DNA from: Balanoglossus misakiensis
Taxonomy: Eukaryota > Animalia > Hemichordata
Length of the DNA: 64,000 nucleotides
Reading direction: 5' to 3'
Assembly (NCBI GenBank): GCA_040954595.2
Contig: CM082579.2
Span: 14,013,834-14,077,833, forward strand
Shown here: piece after piece, positions 24,390 through 38,100 of the stretch
Numbering within the stretch: the first letter of the stretch is position 1
How the letters are laid out: each line of letters begins with the position of its first letter
The notes under the pieces: model-generated
The model's database searches: none
Told to the model about the DNA's origin: nothing
Seen by the model: the letters and a program-made list of their open reading frames with translations, nothing else
Position numbers and translations under genes: made by a program

Positions 24390-26125
24390 ACATAGATATG
24401 CATCTTGTTAAAATGCACAACAGTCACGATTTTGTTCACACGAGTTTGATTGCTGCCAGGACATAACCCAAATATTTTGATAATTTTGGCAATGACCTTT
24501 GAACTACTATCCCATGCCTTGGCATGTACAGCAGATACAGCCTTCAAATTTGGAGGACTGGAACACCTAATGAAGTACATGTATTAACTTTAACACAATA
24601 ATTATGTACATAAGCTCTTTAAAGTTACCCAATAGATCTTAGAAGTCTGGTTTTTGCTGGACACTGATTAGTTTGATATCAAAATTTGTTGGCCCAACTT
24701 TGCGTGAACTCTGGCTTACTTACCATTTCTCAGCACCCATAACAAATACAGCCTTTGCTTTCTGTTGGAACCATGCTAACCACTTTGGCTCCTCCAATGC
24801 TGCTTATAGTTGGGTCTTCTTCATGGCAGCCATATTTGATTTTTGGATAACCTTTAAAAGTTGACATTTTTTTCAAAAATTACAAGGCCAATCAAGTTCT
24901 AATTTACAGTCCGTTCCAATTTTTTTCAATAATATTGTTAGTGGTCATGCGAATTTGGATTCATTATGGATTTTTGAAAAATCTCATGAAAAATTTCCAA
25001 AGTCTTTTTTTAATCAAGCTTTCAAGTGAATTGTGATTGCTTTAACCTTATTCGAGCCAAATTGTATTTTCTGAACACCGATGAAAAACAAAGATTTCCT
25101 ATTTCTAGCCTACTCATTGATAGCACACAAATTAATTTTATTGATACGAGTCACCATATGACTAGAATACGTTACATTTTTGGCAACTTTCACATGTTCT
25201 TTGATCCAGTTGTTTTTCAGAATTTGATTAAACAATTTATTGGCCACTCTCACATGTCCTTTGATCCAGTAATTCTAGAACTTAATTTTATGTGGATATG
25301 CCTCTTGTTAAAAAGCACAACAGTCATGATTTTGTTCACATGAGAACTATTGCTGCCAGGACATAACCCAACTATTTTTATAATTCTGGCAATGATCTAC
25401 TTTCCCATAACTTGCCATGCACAGCAGATACAGCTTTCAAATTTAGGGGACTGGAACATCTAATGAAGTATTAATCTTTAACACAATACTTATGTACGTA
25501 TCCTATTTAAAGTTAACCAATAGAGCTTAGAACTTTGGTTCTTGTTGAACACTGATCAGTTTGATATCAGATTTTGTTGGCACAATTTTGCGTGACCTCT
25601 GGCTTACTTACCATTTCTAGCCATCCAAAAAAGATACAGAGCTTGCTTTCTGTTGGAACCATGTTAACTGCTTTGGCACCTGTAATGCTGCATGTTCCTT
25701 TAATTGTCTTCTTCATGGTGGCTATATTGAATTTTCTGATAACCTCTAAAAGTTGACATTTTTTTCAAAACTACAGGGCCAATCAAGTTCTAATTTACTG
25801 TCCCTTCCAATTTTTTTCAATAATATTGTTAGTGGTCATGCGAATTTGGATTCATTATGGATTTTTGAAAAATGTCATGAAAAATTTCCAAAGTCTTTTT
25901 TTAATCAAGCTTTCAAGTGTATTGTGATTGCTTTAACCTTATTCGAGCCAAATTGGATTTTCTGAACTCTGATTAAAAACGAAGATTTCCTATCAATTTC
26001 TAGCCTACTCATTGAAAGCACGCAAATTCATTTTATTGATATGAGTCACCATATGAATAGAATACTTTACATTTTTTGGCAAATTTCACATGTCCTTTGA
26101 TTCAGATTTGTTAGAACTGAATTGT
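24390..26125 (+). mobile_element. Two head-to-tail ~0.85-0.9-kb copies of HINE family 1 sequence
   Basis: Unit starts at ~24394, ~25293 and ~26129. Degenerate element 3' ends (AATGCTGC...) at 24796 and 25684, 888 bp apart. Confidence 0.8.
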
Positions 26126-29100
26126 ACTTGGATATGTCTCTTGTTAAAAAGCACAACAGTCATGATTGTGTTCACTTGAGTTTTGTCGCTGCCAGGACAT
26201 AACCGAAATATTTTGATAATTTTGGCAATGACCCTTGATCTACTTGGATATGTCTCATGTTAAAAAGCACAACAGTCTTGATTTTGTTCACACGAGTTTT
26301 ATCGCTGCCAGGACATAACCAAAATATTTTGATAATTTTGGCAATGACCCTTGATCTACTTGGATATGTCTCTTGTTAAAAAGCACAACAGTCTTGATTT
26401 TGTTCACATGAGTTTTATCGCTGCCAGGACATAACAAAAATATTTTGATAATTTTGGCAATGACTCTTGATCTACTTGGATATGTCTCTTGTTAAAAAGC
26501 ACAACAGTCTTGATTTTGTTCACATGAGTTTTATCACTGCCAGGACATAACCCAAATATATTGATAATTTTGGCAATGACCCTTGATCTACTTGGATATG
26601 TCTCTTGTTAAAATACACAACAGTCTTGATTTTGTTCACATGAGTTTTATCGCTGCCAGGACATAACCCAAATATTTTGATAATTTTGGCAATGACCCTT
26701 GATCTACTTGGATATGTCTCTTGTTAAAAAGCACAACCCAAATATTTTGATAATTTTGGCAATGACCCTTGATCTACTTGGATATGTCTCTTGTTAAAAA
26801 GCACAACAGTCATGATTGTGTTCACACGAGTTTTATTGCTGCCAGGACCTAACCCAAATATTTTGTTAAGTTTGGCAATGACCCTTGATCTTCTTGGATA
26901 TGTCTCTTGTTAAAAAGCACAACTGTCATGATTTTGTTCACATGAGTTTTATTGCTGCCAGGACATAACCCAAATATTTTGATAATTTTGGCAATGACCC
27001 TTGATCTACTTGGATATGTCTCTTGTTAAAAAGCACAACAGTCAGGATTTTGTTCACATGAGTTTTATCACTGCCAGGACATAACCCAAATATATTGATA
27101 ATTTTGGCAATGACCCTTGATCTACTTGGATATGTCTCTTGTTAAAATACACAACAGTCTTGATTTTGTTCACATGAGTTTTATCGCTGCCAGGACATAA
27201 CCCAAATATTTTGATAATTTTGGCAATGACCCTTGATCTACTTGGATATGTCTCTTGTTAAAAAGCACAACAGTCATGATTGTGTTCACACAAGTTTTAT
27301 TGCTGCCAGGACATAACCCAAATATTTTGATAATTTTGGCAATGACCCTTGATCTACTTGGATATGTCTCTTGTTAAAAAGCACAACAGTCAGGATTTTG
27401 TTCACATGAGTTTTATTGCTTCCAGGACATAACCAAAATATTTTGATAATTTTGGCAATGACTCTTGATCTACTTTGATATGTCTCTTGTTAAAAAGCAC
27501 AACAGTCATGATTTTGTTTACGTGACTACTATTGCTGCCAGGACTTAACCCAAATATTTTGATAATTTTGGCAATGACCCTTGATCTACTTAGATACGTC
27601 TCTTGATAAAAAGCACAACAGTCATGATTGTGTTCACACGAGTTTTATTGCTGCCAGGACATAACCCAAATATTTTTATAATTTTGGCCATGACCCTTGA
27701 TCTACTTGGATATGTCTCTTGATAAAAAGCACAACAGTCATGATTGTGTTCACATGAGTTTTATTGCTGCCAGGACATAACCCAAATATTTTGATAATTT
27801 TGGTAATGACCCTTGATCTTCTTGGATATGTCTCTTGTTAAAAAGCACAACAGTCATGATTGTGTTCACACGAGTTTTATTGCTGCCAGGACATAACCCA
27901 AATATTTTGATAATTTTGGCAATGACCCTTGATCTACTTGGATATGTCTCTTGTTAAAAAGCACAACAGTCAGGATTTTGTTCACATGAGTTTTATCACT
28001 GCCAGGACATAACCCAAATATATTGATAATTTTGGCAATGACCCTTGATCTACTTGGATATGTCTCTTGTTAAAAAGCACAACAGTCAGGATTTTGTTCG
28101 CATGAGTACTATTGCTGGCAGGACATAACCAAACTATTTTGATAATTTTGGCAATAACTCTTCATCTACTTGGATATGTCTCTTGTTAAAATGCACAACA
28201 TACATGATTTTGTTCACATGAATTCTATTGCTGTCAGGACATAACCCGAATATTTTGATAATTATGGCAATGACCCTTGAACTACTTGGATATGTCTCTT
28301 GATAAACAGCCCAACAGTCATGATTGTGTTCACACGAGTTTTATTGCTGCCAGGACATAACCCAAATATTTTTATAATTTTGGCCATGACTCTTGATCTA
28401 CTTGGATATGTCTCTTGTTAAAAAGCACAACAGTCAGGATTTTGTTCACATGAGTTTTATCACTGCCAGGACATAACCCAAATATATTGATAATTTTGGC
28501 AATGACCCTTGATCTACTTGGATATGTCTCTTGTTATAATACACAACAGTCTTGATTTTGTTCACATGAGTACTATTGCTGGCAGGACATAACCAAACTA
28601 TTTTGATAATTTTGGCAATGACCCTTGAACTACTTGGATATGTCTCTTGATAAACAGCCCAACAGTCATGATTGTGTTCACACGAGTTTTATTGCTGCCA
28701 GGACATAACCCAAATATTTTTATAATTTTGGCCATGACCCTTGATCTACTTGGATATGTCTCTTGTTAAAATGCACAACATACATGATTTTATTCACATG
28801 AATTCTATTGCTGTCAGGACATAACCCAAATATTTTGATAATTATGGCAATGACCCTTGAACTACTTGGATATGTCTCTTGATAAACAGCCCAACAGTCA
28901 TGATTGTGTTCACACGAGTTTTATTGCTGCCAGGACATAACCCAAATATTTTGATCATTTTGGCAATGACCCTTGATCGACTTGGATATGTCTCTTGTTA
29001 AAAAGCACAACAGTCATGATTTTGTTTACGTGACTACTATTGCTGCCAGGACTTAACCCAAATGTTTTGATAATTTTGGTAATGACCCTTGATCTACTTG

Positions 29101-32100
29101 GATATGTCTCTTGATAAAAAGCACAACAGTCATGATTGTGTTCACACGAGTTTTATTGCTGCCAGGACATAACCCAAATATTTTGATAATTTTGGCCATG
29201 ACCCTTGATCTACTTGGATATGTCTCTTGTTAAAAAGCACAACAGTCATGATTTTGTTTACGTGACTACTATTGCTGCCAGGACTTAACCCAAATATTTT
29301 GATAATTTTGGCAATGACCCTTGATCTACTTGGATATGTCTCTTGATAAAAAGCACAACAGTCATGATTGTGTTCACATGAGTTTTATTGCTGCCAGGAC
29401 ATAACCCAAATATTTTGATAATTTTGGTAATGACCCTTGATCTTCTTGGATATGTCTCTTGTTAAAAAGCACATCAGTCATGATTTTGTTAACATGAATT
29501 TTATTGCTGCCAGGACATATACCAAATATTTTGATAATTTTGGCAATGACTCTTGATCTACTTGGATATGTCTCTTGTTAAAAAGCACAACAGTCATTAT
29601 TTTGTTCACATGAGTTTTATTGCTGACATGACATAACCCAAATATTTTGATAATTATGGCAATGACCCTTGAACTACTTGGATATGTCTCTTGTTAAAAA
29701 GCACAACAGACATTATTTTGTTTACGTGACTACTATTGCTGCCAGGACATAACCCAAATATTTTGATAATTTTGGCAATGACCCTTGATCTACTTGGATA
29801 TGTCTCTTGTTAAAAAGCACAACAGTCATGATTGTGTTCACACAAGTTTTATTGCTGCCAGGACATAACCCAAATATTTTTTATAATTTTGGCCATGACC
29901 CTTGATCTACTTGGATATGTCTCTTGTTAAAAAGCACAACAGTCATGATTTTGTTTACGTGACTACTATTGCTTCCAGGACTTAACCCAAATATTTTGAT
30001 AATCTTGGCAATGACCCTTGATCTACTTGGATATGTCTCTTGATAAAAAGCACAACAGTCATGATTGTGTTCACACGAGTTTTATTGATGCCAGGACATA
30101 ACCCAAATATTTTGATAATTTTGGCCATGACCCTTGATCTACTTGGATATGTCTCTTGTTAAAAAGCACAACAGTCATGATTTTGTTTACGTGACTACTA
30201 TTGCTGCCAGGACTTAACCCAAATATTTTGATAATTTTGGCAATGACCCTTGATCTACTTGGATATGTCTCTTGATAAAAAGCACAACAGTCATGATTGT
30301 GCTCACATGAGTTTTATTCCTGCCAGGACATATACCAAATATTTTGATAATTTTGGCAATGACTCTTGATCTACTTGGATATGTCTCTTGTTAAAAAGCA
30401 CAACAGTCATTATTTTGTTCACATGAGTTTTATTGCTGCCAGGACGTAACCCAAATATTTTGATAATTATGGCAATGACCCTTGATCTTCTTGGATATGT
30501 CTCTTGTTAAAGAGCACAACAGTCATGATTGTGTTCACACGAGTTTTATTGCTGTCAGGACATAACCCAAATATTTTGATAATTTTGGCAATGACCCTTG
30601 ATCTACTTGGATATGTCTCTTGTTAAAAAGCACATCAGTCATGATTTTGTTAACATGAGTTTTATTGCTGCCAGGACATACACCAAATATTTTGATAATT
30701 TTGGCAATGACTCTTGATCTACTTGGATATGTCTCTTGTTAAAAAGCACAACAGTCATTATTTTGTTCACATGAGTTTTATTGCTGCCAGGACATAACCT
30801 AAATATTTTGATAATTATGGCAATGACCCTTGAACTACTTGGATATGTCTCTTGATAAAAAGCCCAACAGTCATTATTTTGTTCACATGAGTTTTATTGC
30901 TGACATGACATAACCCAAATATTTTGATAATTATGGCAATGACCCTTGAACTACTTGGATATGTCTCTTGTTAAAAAGCACAACAGACATTATTTTGTTT
31001 ACGTGACTACTATTGCTGCCAGGACATAACCCAAATATTTTGATAATTTTGGCAATGACCCTTGATCTACTTGGATATGTCTCTTGTTAAAAAGCACAAC
31101 AGTCATGATTGTGTTCACACAAGTTTTATTGCTGCCAGGACATAACCCAAATATTTTTTATAATTTTGGCCATGACCCTTGATCTACTTGGATATGTCTC
31201 TTGTTAAAAAGCACAACAGTCATGATTTTGTTTACGTGACTACTATTGCTTCCAGGACTTAACCCAAATATTTTGATAATCTTGGCAATGACCCTTGATC
31301 TACTTGGATATGTCTCTTGATAAAAAGCACAACAGTCATGATTGTGTTCACACGAGTTTTATTGATGCCAGGACATAACCCAAATATTTTGATAATTTTG
31401 GCCATGACCCTTGATCTACTTGGATATGTCTCTTGTTAAAAAGCACAACAGTCATGATTTTGTTTACGTGACTACTATTGCTGCCAGGACTTAACCCAAA
31501 TATTTTGATAATTTTGGCAATGACCCTTGATCTACTTGGATATGTCTCTTGATAAAAAGCACAACAGTCATGATTGTGCTCACATGAGTTTTATTCCTGC
31601 CAGGACATATACCAAATATTTTGATAATTTTGGCAATGACTCTTGATCTACTTGGATATGTCTCTTGTTAAAAAGCACAACAGTCATTATTTTGTTCACA
31701 TGAGTTTTATTGCTGCCAGGACGTAACCCAAATATTTTGATAATTATGGCAATGACCCTTGATCTTCTTGGATATGTCTCTTGTTAAAGAGCACAACAGT
31801 CATGATTGTGTTCACACGAGTTTTATTGCTGTCAGGACATAACCCAAATATTTTGATAATTTTGGCAATGACCCTTGATCTACTTGGATATGTCTCTTGT
31901 TAAAAAGCACATCAGTCATGATTTTGTTAACATGAGTTTTATTGCTGCCAGGACATACACCAAATATTTTGATAATTTTGGCAATGACTCTTGATCTACT
32001 TGGATATGTCTCTTGTTAAAAAGCACAACAGTCATTATTTTGTTCACATGAGTTTTATTGCTGCCAGGACATAACCTAAATATTTTGATAATTATGGCAA

Positions 32101-35100
32101 TGACCCTTGAACTACTTGGATATGTCTCTTGATAAAAAGCCCAACAGTCATTATTTTGTTCACACGAGTTTTATTGCTGCCATGACATAACCCAAATATT
32201 TTGATAATTTTGGCAATGACCCTTGAACTACTTGGATATGTCTCTTGTTAAAAAGCACAACAGTCATTATTTTGTTCACATGAGTTTTATTGCTGCCAGG
32301 ACATAACACAAATATTTTGATAATTTTGGCAATGACCCTTGATCTACTTGGATATGTCTCTTGTTAAAAAGCACAACAAGTCATTATTGTGTTCACATGA
32401 GTTTTATTGCTGCCAGGACATAACCAAAATATTTTGATAATTTTGGCAATGACCCTTGATCTACTTGGATATGTCTCTTGTTAAAAAGCACAACAGTCAT
32501 GATTTTGTTTACGTGACTACTATTGCTGCCAGGACATAACCCAAATATTTTGATAATTTTGGCAATGACCCTTGATCTACTTGGATATGTCTCTTGTTAA
32601 AAAGCACAACAGTCATGATTGTGTTCACACGAGTTTTATTGCTGCCAGGACATAACCCAAATATTTTGATAATTTTGGCAATGACCCTTGATCTACTTGG
32701 ATATGTCTCTTGATAAAAAGCACAACAGTCATGATTGTGTTCACATGAGTTTTATTGCTGCCAGGACATAACCCAAATATTTTGATAATTTTGGTAATGA
32801 CCCTTGATCTTCTTGGATATGTCTCTTGTTAAAAAGCACAACAGTCATGATTGTGTTCACACGAGTTTGATTGCTGCCAGGACATAACCCAAATATTTTG
32901 ATAATTTTGGCAATGACCCTTGATCTACTTGGATATGTCTCTTGTTAAAAAGCACATCAGTCATGATTTTGTTAACATGAATTTTATTGCTGCCAGGACA
33001 TATACCAAATATTTTGATAATTTTGGCAATGACTCTTGATCTACATGAGTTTTATTGCTGACATGCCATAACCCAAATATTTTGATAATTTTGGCAATGA
33101 CCCTTGATCTACTTGGATATGTCTCTTGTTAAAAAGCACAACAGTCATGATTGTGTTCACACAAGTTTTATTGCTGCCAGGACATAACCCAAATATTTTT
33201 TATAATTTTGGCCATGACCCTTGATCTACTTGGATATGTCTCTTGTTAAAAAGCACAACAGTCATGATTTTGTTTACGTGACTACTATTGCTGCCAGGAC
33301 TTAACCCAAATATTTTGATAATCTTGGCAATGACCCTTGATCTACTTGGATATGTCTCTTGATAAAAAGCACAACAGTCATGATTGTGTTCACACGAGTT
33401 TTATTGCTGCCAGGACATAACCCAAATATTTTGATAATTTTGGCCATGACCCTTGATCTACTTGGATATGTCTCTTGTTAAAAAGCACAACAGTCATGAT
33501 TTTGTTTACGTGACTACTATTGCTGCCAGGACTTAACCCAAATATTTTGATAATTTTGGCAATGACCCTTGATCTACTTGGATATGTCTCTTGATAAAAA
33601 GCACAACAGTCATGATTGTGCTCACATGCGTTTTATTGCTGCCAGGACATATACCAAATATTTTGATAATTTTGGCAATGACTCTTGATCTACTTGGATA
33701 TGTCTCTTGTTAAAAAGCACAACAAGTCATTATTGTGTTCACATGAGTTTTATTGCTGCCAGGACATAACCAAAATATTTTGATAATTTTGGCAATGACC
33801 CTTGATCTACTTGGATATGTCTCTTGTTAAAAAGCACAACAGTCATGATTTTGTTTACGTGACTACTATTGCTGCCAGGTCATAACCCAAATATTTTGAT
33901 AATTTTGGCAATGACCCTTGATCTACTTGGATATGTCTCTTGTTAAAAAGCACAACAGTCATGATTGTGTTCACACAAGTTTTATTGCTGCCAGGACATA
34001 ACCCAAATATTTTTTATAATTTTGGCCATGACCCTTGATCTACTTGGATATGTCTCTTGTTAAAAAGCACAACAGTCATGATTTTGTTTACGTGACTACT
34101 ATTGCTGCCAGGACTTAACCCAAATATTTTGATAATCTTGGCAATGACCCTTGATCTACTTGGATATGTCTCTTGATAAAAAGCACAACAGTCATGATTG
34201 TGTTCACACGAGTTTTATTGCTGCCAGGACATAACCCAAATATTTTGATAATTTTGGCCATGACCCTTGATCTACTTGGATATGTCTCTTGTTAAAAAGC
34301 ACAACAGTCATGATTTTGTTTACGTGACTACTATTGCTGCCAGGACTTAACCCAAATATTTTGATAATTTTGGCAATGACCCTTGATCTACTTGGATATG
34401 TCTCTTGATAAAAAGCACAACAGTCATGATTGTGCTCACATGCGTTTTATTGCTGCCAGGACATATACCAAATATTTTGATAATTTTGGCAATGACTCTT
34501 GATCTACTTGGATATGTCTCTTGTTAAAAAGCACAACAGTCATTATTTTGTTCACATGAGTTTTATTGCTGCCAGGACATAACCCAAATATTTTGATAAT
34601 TATGGCAATGACCCGTGATCTTCTTTGATATGTCTCTTGTTAAAGAGCACAACAGTCATGATTGTGTTCACACAAGTTTTATTGCTGTCAGGATATAACC
34701 CAAATATTTTGATAATTTTGGCAATGACCCTTGATCTACTTGGATATGTCTCTTGTTAAAAAGCACATCAGTCTTGATTTTGTTAACATGAGTTTTATTG
34801 CTGCCAGGACATACACCAAATATTTTGATAATTTTGGCAATGACTCTTGATCTACTTGGATATGTCTCTTGTTAAAAAGCACAACAGTCATTATTTTGTT
34901 CACATGAGTTTTATTGCTGCCAGGACATAACCTAAATATTTTGATAATTATGGCAATGACCCTTGAACTACTTGGATATGTCTCTTGATAAAAAGCCCAA
35001 CAGTCATTATTTTGTTCACACAAGTTTTATTGCTGTCAGGACATAACCCAAATATTTTGATAATTTTGGCAATGACCCTTGATCTACTTGGATATGTCTC

Positions 35101-38100
35101 TTGTTAAAAAGCACATCAGTCTTGATTTTGTTAACATGAGTTTTATTGCTGCCAGGATATACACCAAATATTTTGATAATTTTGGCAATGACTCTTGATC
35201 TACTTGGATATGTCTCTTGTTAAAAAGCACAACAGTCATTATTTTGTTCACATGAGTTTTATTGCTGCCAGGACATAACCTAAATATTTTGATAATTATG
35301 GCAATGACCCTTGAACTACTTGGATATGTCTCTTGATAAAAAGCCCAACAGTCATTATTTTGTTCACATGAGTTTTATTGCTGCCATGACATAACCCTAA
35401 TATTTTGATAATTTTGGCAATGACCCTTGAACTACTTGGATATGTCTCTTGTTAAAAAGCACAACAGTCATTATTTTGTTCACATGAGTTTTATTGCTGC
35501 CAGGACATAACCAAAATATTTTGATAATTTTGGCAATGACCCTTGATCTACTTGGATATGTCTCTTGTTAAAAAGCACAACAGTCATGATTTTGTTTACG
35601 TGACTACTATTGCTGCCAGGACATAACCCAAATATTTTGATAATTTTGGCAATGACCCTTGATCTACTTGGATATGTCTCTTGTTAAAAAGCACAACAGT
35701 CATGATTGTGTTCACACGAGTTTTATTGCTGCCAGGACATAACCCAAATATTTTGATAATTTTGGCAATGACCCTTGATCTACTTGGATATGTCTCTTGA
35801 TAAAAAGCACAACAGTCATGATTGTGTTCACATGAGTTTTATTGCTGCCAGGACATAACCCAAATATTTTGATAATTTTGGTAATGACCCTTGATCTTCT
35901 TGGATATGTCTCTTGTTAAAAAGCACAACAGTCATGATTGTGTTCACACGAGTTTTATTGCTGCCAGGACATAACCCAAATATTTTGATAATTTTGGCAA
36001 TGACCCTTGATCTACTTGGATATGTCTCTTGTTAAAAAGCACATCAGTCATGATTTTGTTACCATGAATTTTATTGCTGCCAGGACATATACCAAATATT
36101 TTGATAATTTTGGCAATGACTCTTGATCTACATGAGTTTTATTGCTGACATGACATAACCCAAATATTTTGATAATTTTGGAAATGACCCTTGATCTACT
36201 TGGATATGTCTCTTGTTAAAAAGCACAACAGTCATGATTGTGTTCACACAAGTTTTATTGCTGCCAGGACATAACCCAAATATTTTTTATAATTTTGGCC
36301 ATGACCCTTGATCTACTTGGATATGTCTCTTGTTAAAAAGCACAACAGTCATGATTTTGTTTACGTGACTACTATTGCTGCCAGGACTTAACCCAAATAC
36401 TTTGATAATCTTGGCAATGACCCTTGATCTACTTGGATATGTCTCTTGATAAAAAGCACAACAGTCATGATTGTGTTCACATGAGTTTTATTGCTGCCAG
36501 GACATAACCCAAATATTTTGATAATTTTGGTAATGACCCTTGATCTTCTTGGATATGTCTCTTGTTAAAAAGCACAACAGTCATGATTGTGTTCACACGA
36601 CTTTTATTGCTGCCAGGACATAACCCAAATATTTTGATAATTTTGGCAATGACCCTTGATCTACTTGGATATGTCTCTTGTTAAAAAGCACATCAGTCAT
36701 GATTTTGTTAACATGAATTTTATTGCTGCCAGGACATATACCAAATATTTTGATAATTTTGGCAATGACTCTTGATCTACATGAGTTTTATTGCTGACAT
36801 GACATAACCCAAATATTTTGATAATTTTGGAAATGACCCTTGATCTACTTGGATATGTCTCTTGTTAAAAAGCACAACAGTCATGATTGTGTTCACACAA
36901 GTTTTATTGCTGCCAGGACATAACCCAAATATTTTTTATAATTTTGGCCATGACCCTTGATCTACTTGGATATGTCTCTTGTTAAAAAGTACAACAGTCA
37001 TGATTTTGTTTACGTGACTACTATTGCTGCCAGGACTTAACCCAAATATTTTGATAATCTTGGCAATGACCCTTGATCTACTTGGATATGTCTCTTGATA
37101 AAAAGCACAACAGTCATGATTGTGTTCACACGAGTTTTATTGCTGCCAGGACATAACCCAAATATTTAGATAATTTTGGCCATGACCCTTGATCTACTTG
37201 GATATGTCTCTTGTTAAAAAGCACAACAGTCATGATTTTGTTTACGTGACTACTATTGCTGCCAGGACTTAACCCAAATATTTTGATAATTTTGGCAATG
37301 ACCCTTGATCTACTTGGATATGTCTCTTGATAAAAAGCACAACAGTCATGATTGTGCTCACATGAGTTTTATTGCTGCCAGGACATATACCAAATATTTT
37401 GATAATTTTGGCAATGACTCTTGATCTACTTGGATATGTCTCTTGTTAAAAAGCACAACAGTCATTATTTTGTTCACATGAGTTTTATTGCTGCCAGGAC
37501 ATAACCCAAATATTTTGATAATTTTGGCAATGACCCTTGATCTTCTTTGATATGTCTCTTGTTAAAGAGCACAACAGTCATGATTGTGTTCACACGAATT
37601 TTATTGCTGTCAGGACATAACCCAAATATTTTGATAATTTTGGCAATGACCCTTGATCTACTTGGATATGTCTCTTGTTAAAAAGCACATCAGTCATGAT
37701 TTTGTTAACATGAGTTTTATTGCTGCCAGGACATACACCAAATATTTTGATAATTTTGGCAATGACTCTTGATCTACTTGGATATGTCTCTTGTTAAAAA
37801 GCACAACAGTCATTATTTTGTTCACATGAGTTTTATTGCTGCCAGGACATAACCTAAATATTTTGATAATTATGGCAATGACCCTTGAACTACTTGGATA
37901 TGTCTCTTGATAAAAAGCCCAACAGTCATTATTTTGTTCACATGAGTTTTATTGCTGCCAGGACATAACCAAAATATTTTGATAATTTTGGCAATGACCC
38001 TTGATCTACTTGGAGATGTCTCTTTTTAAAAAGCACAACAGTCATGATTTTGTTTACGTGACTACTATTGCTGCTAGGACATAACCGAAATATTTTGATA

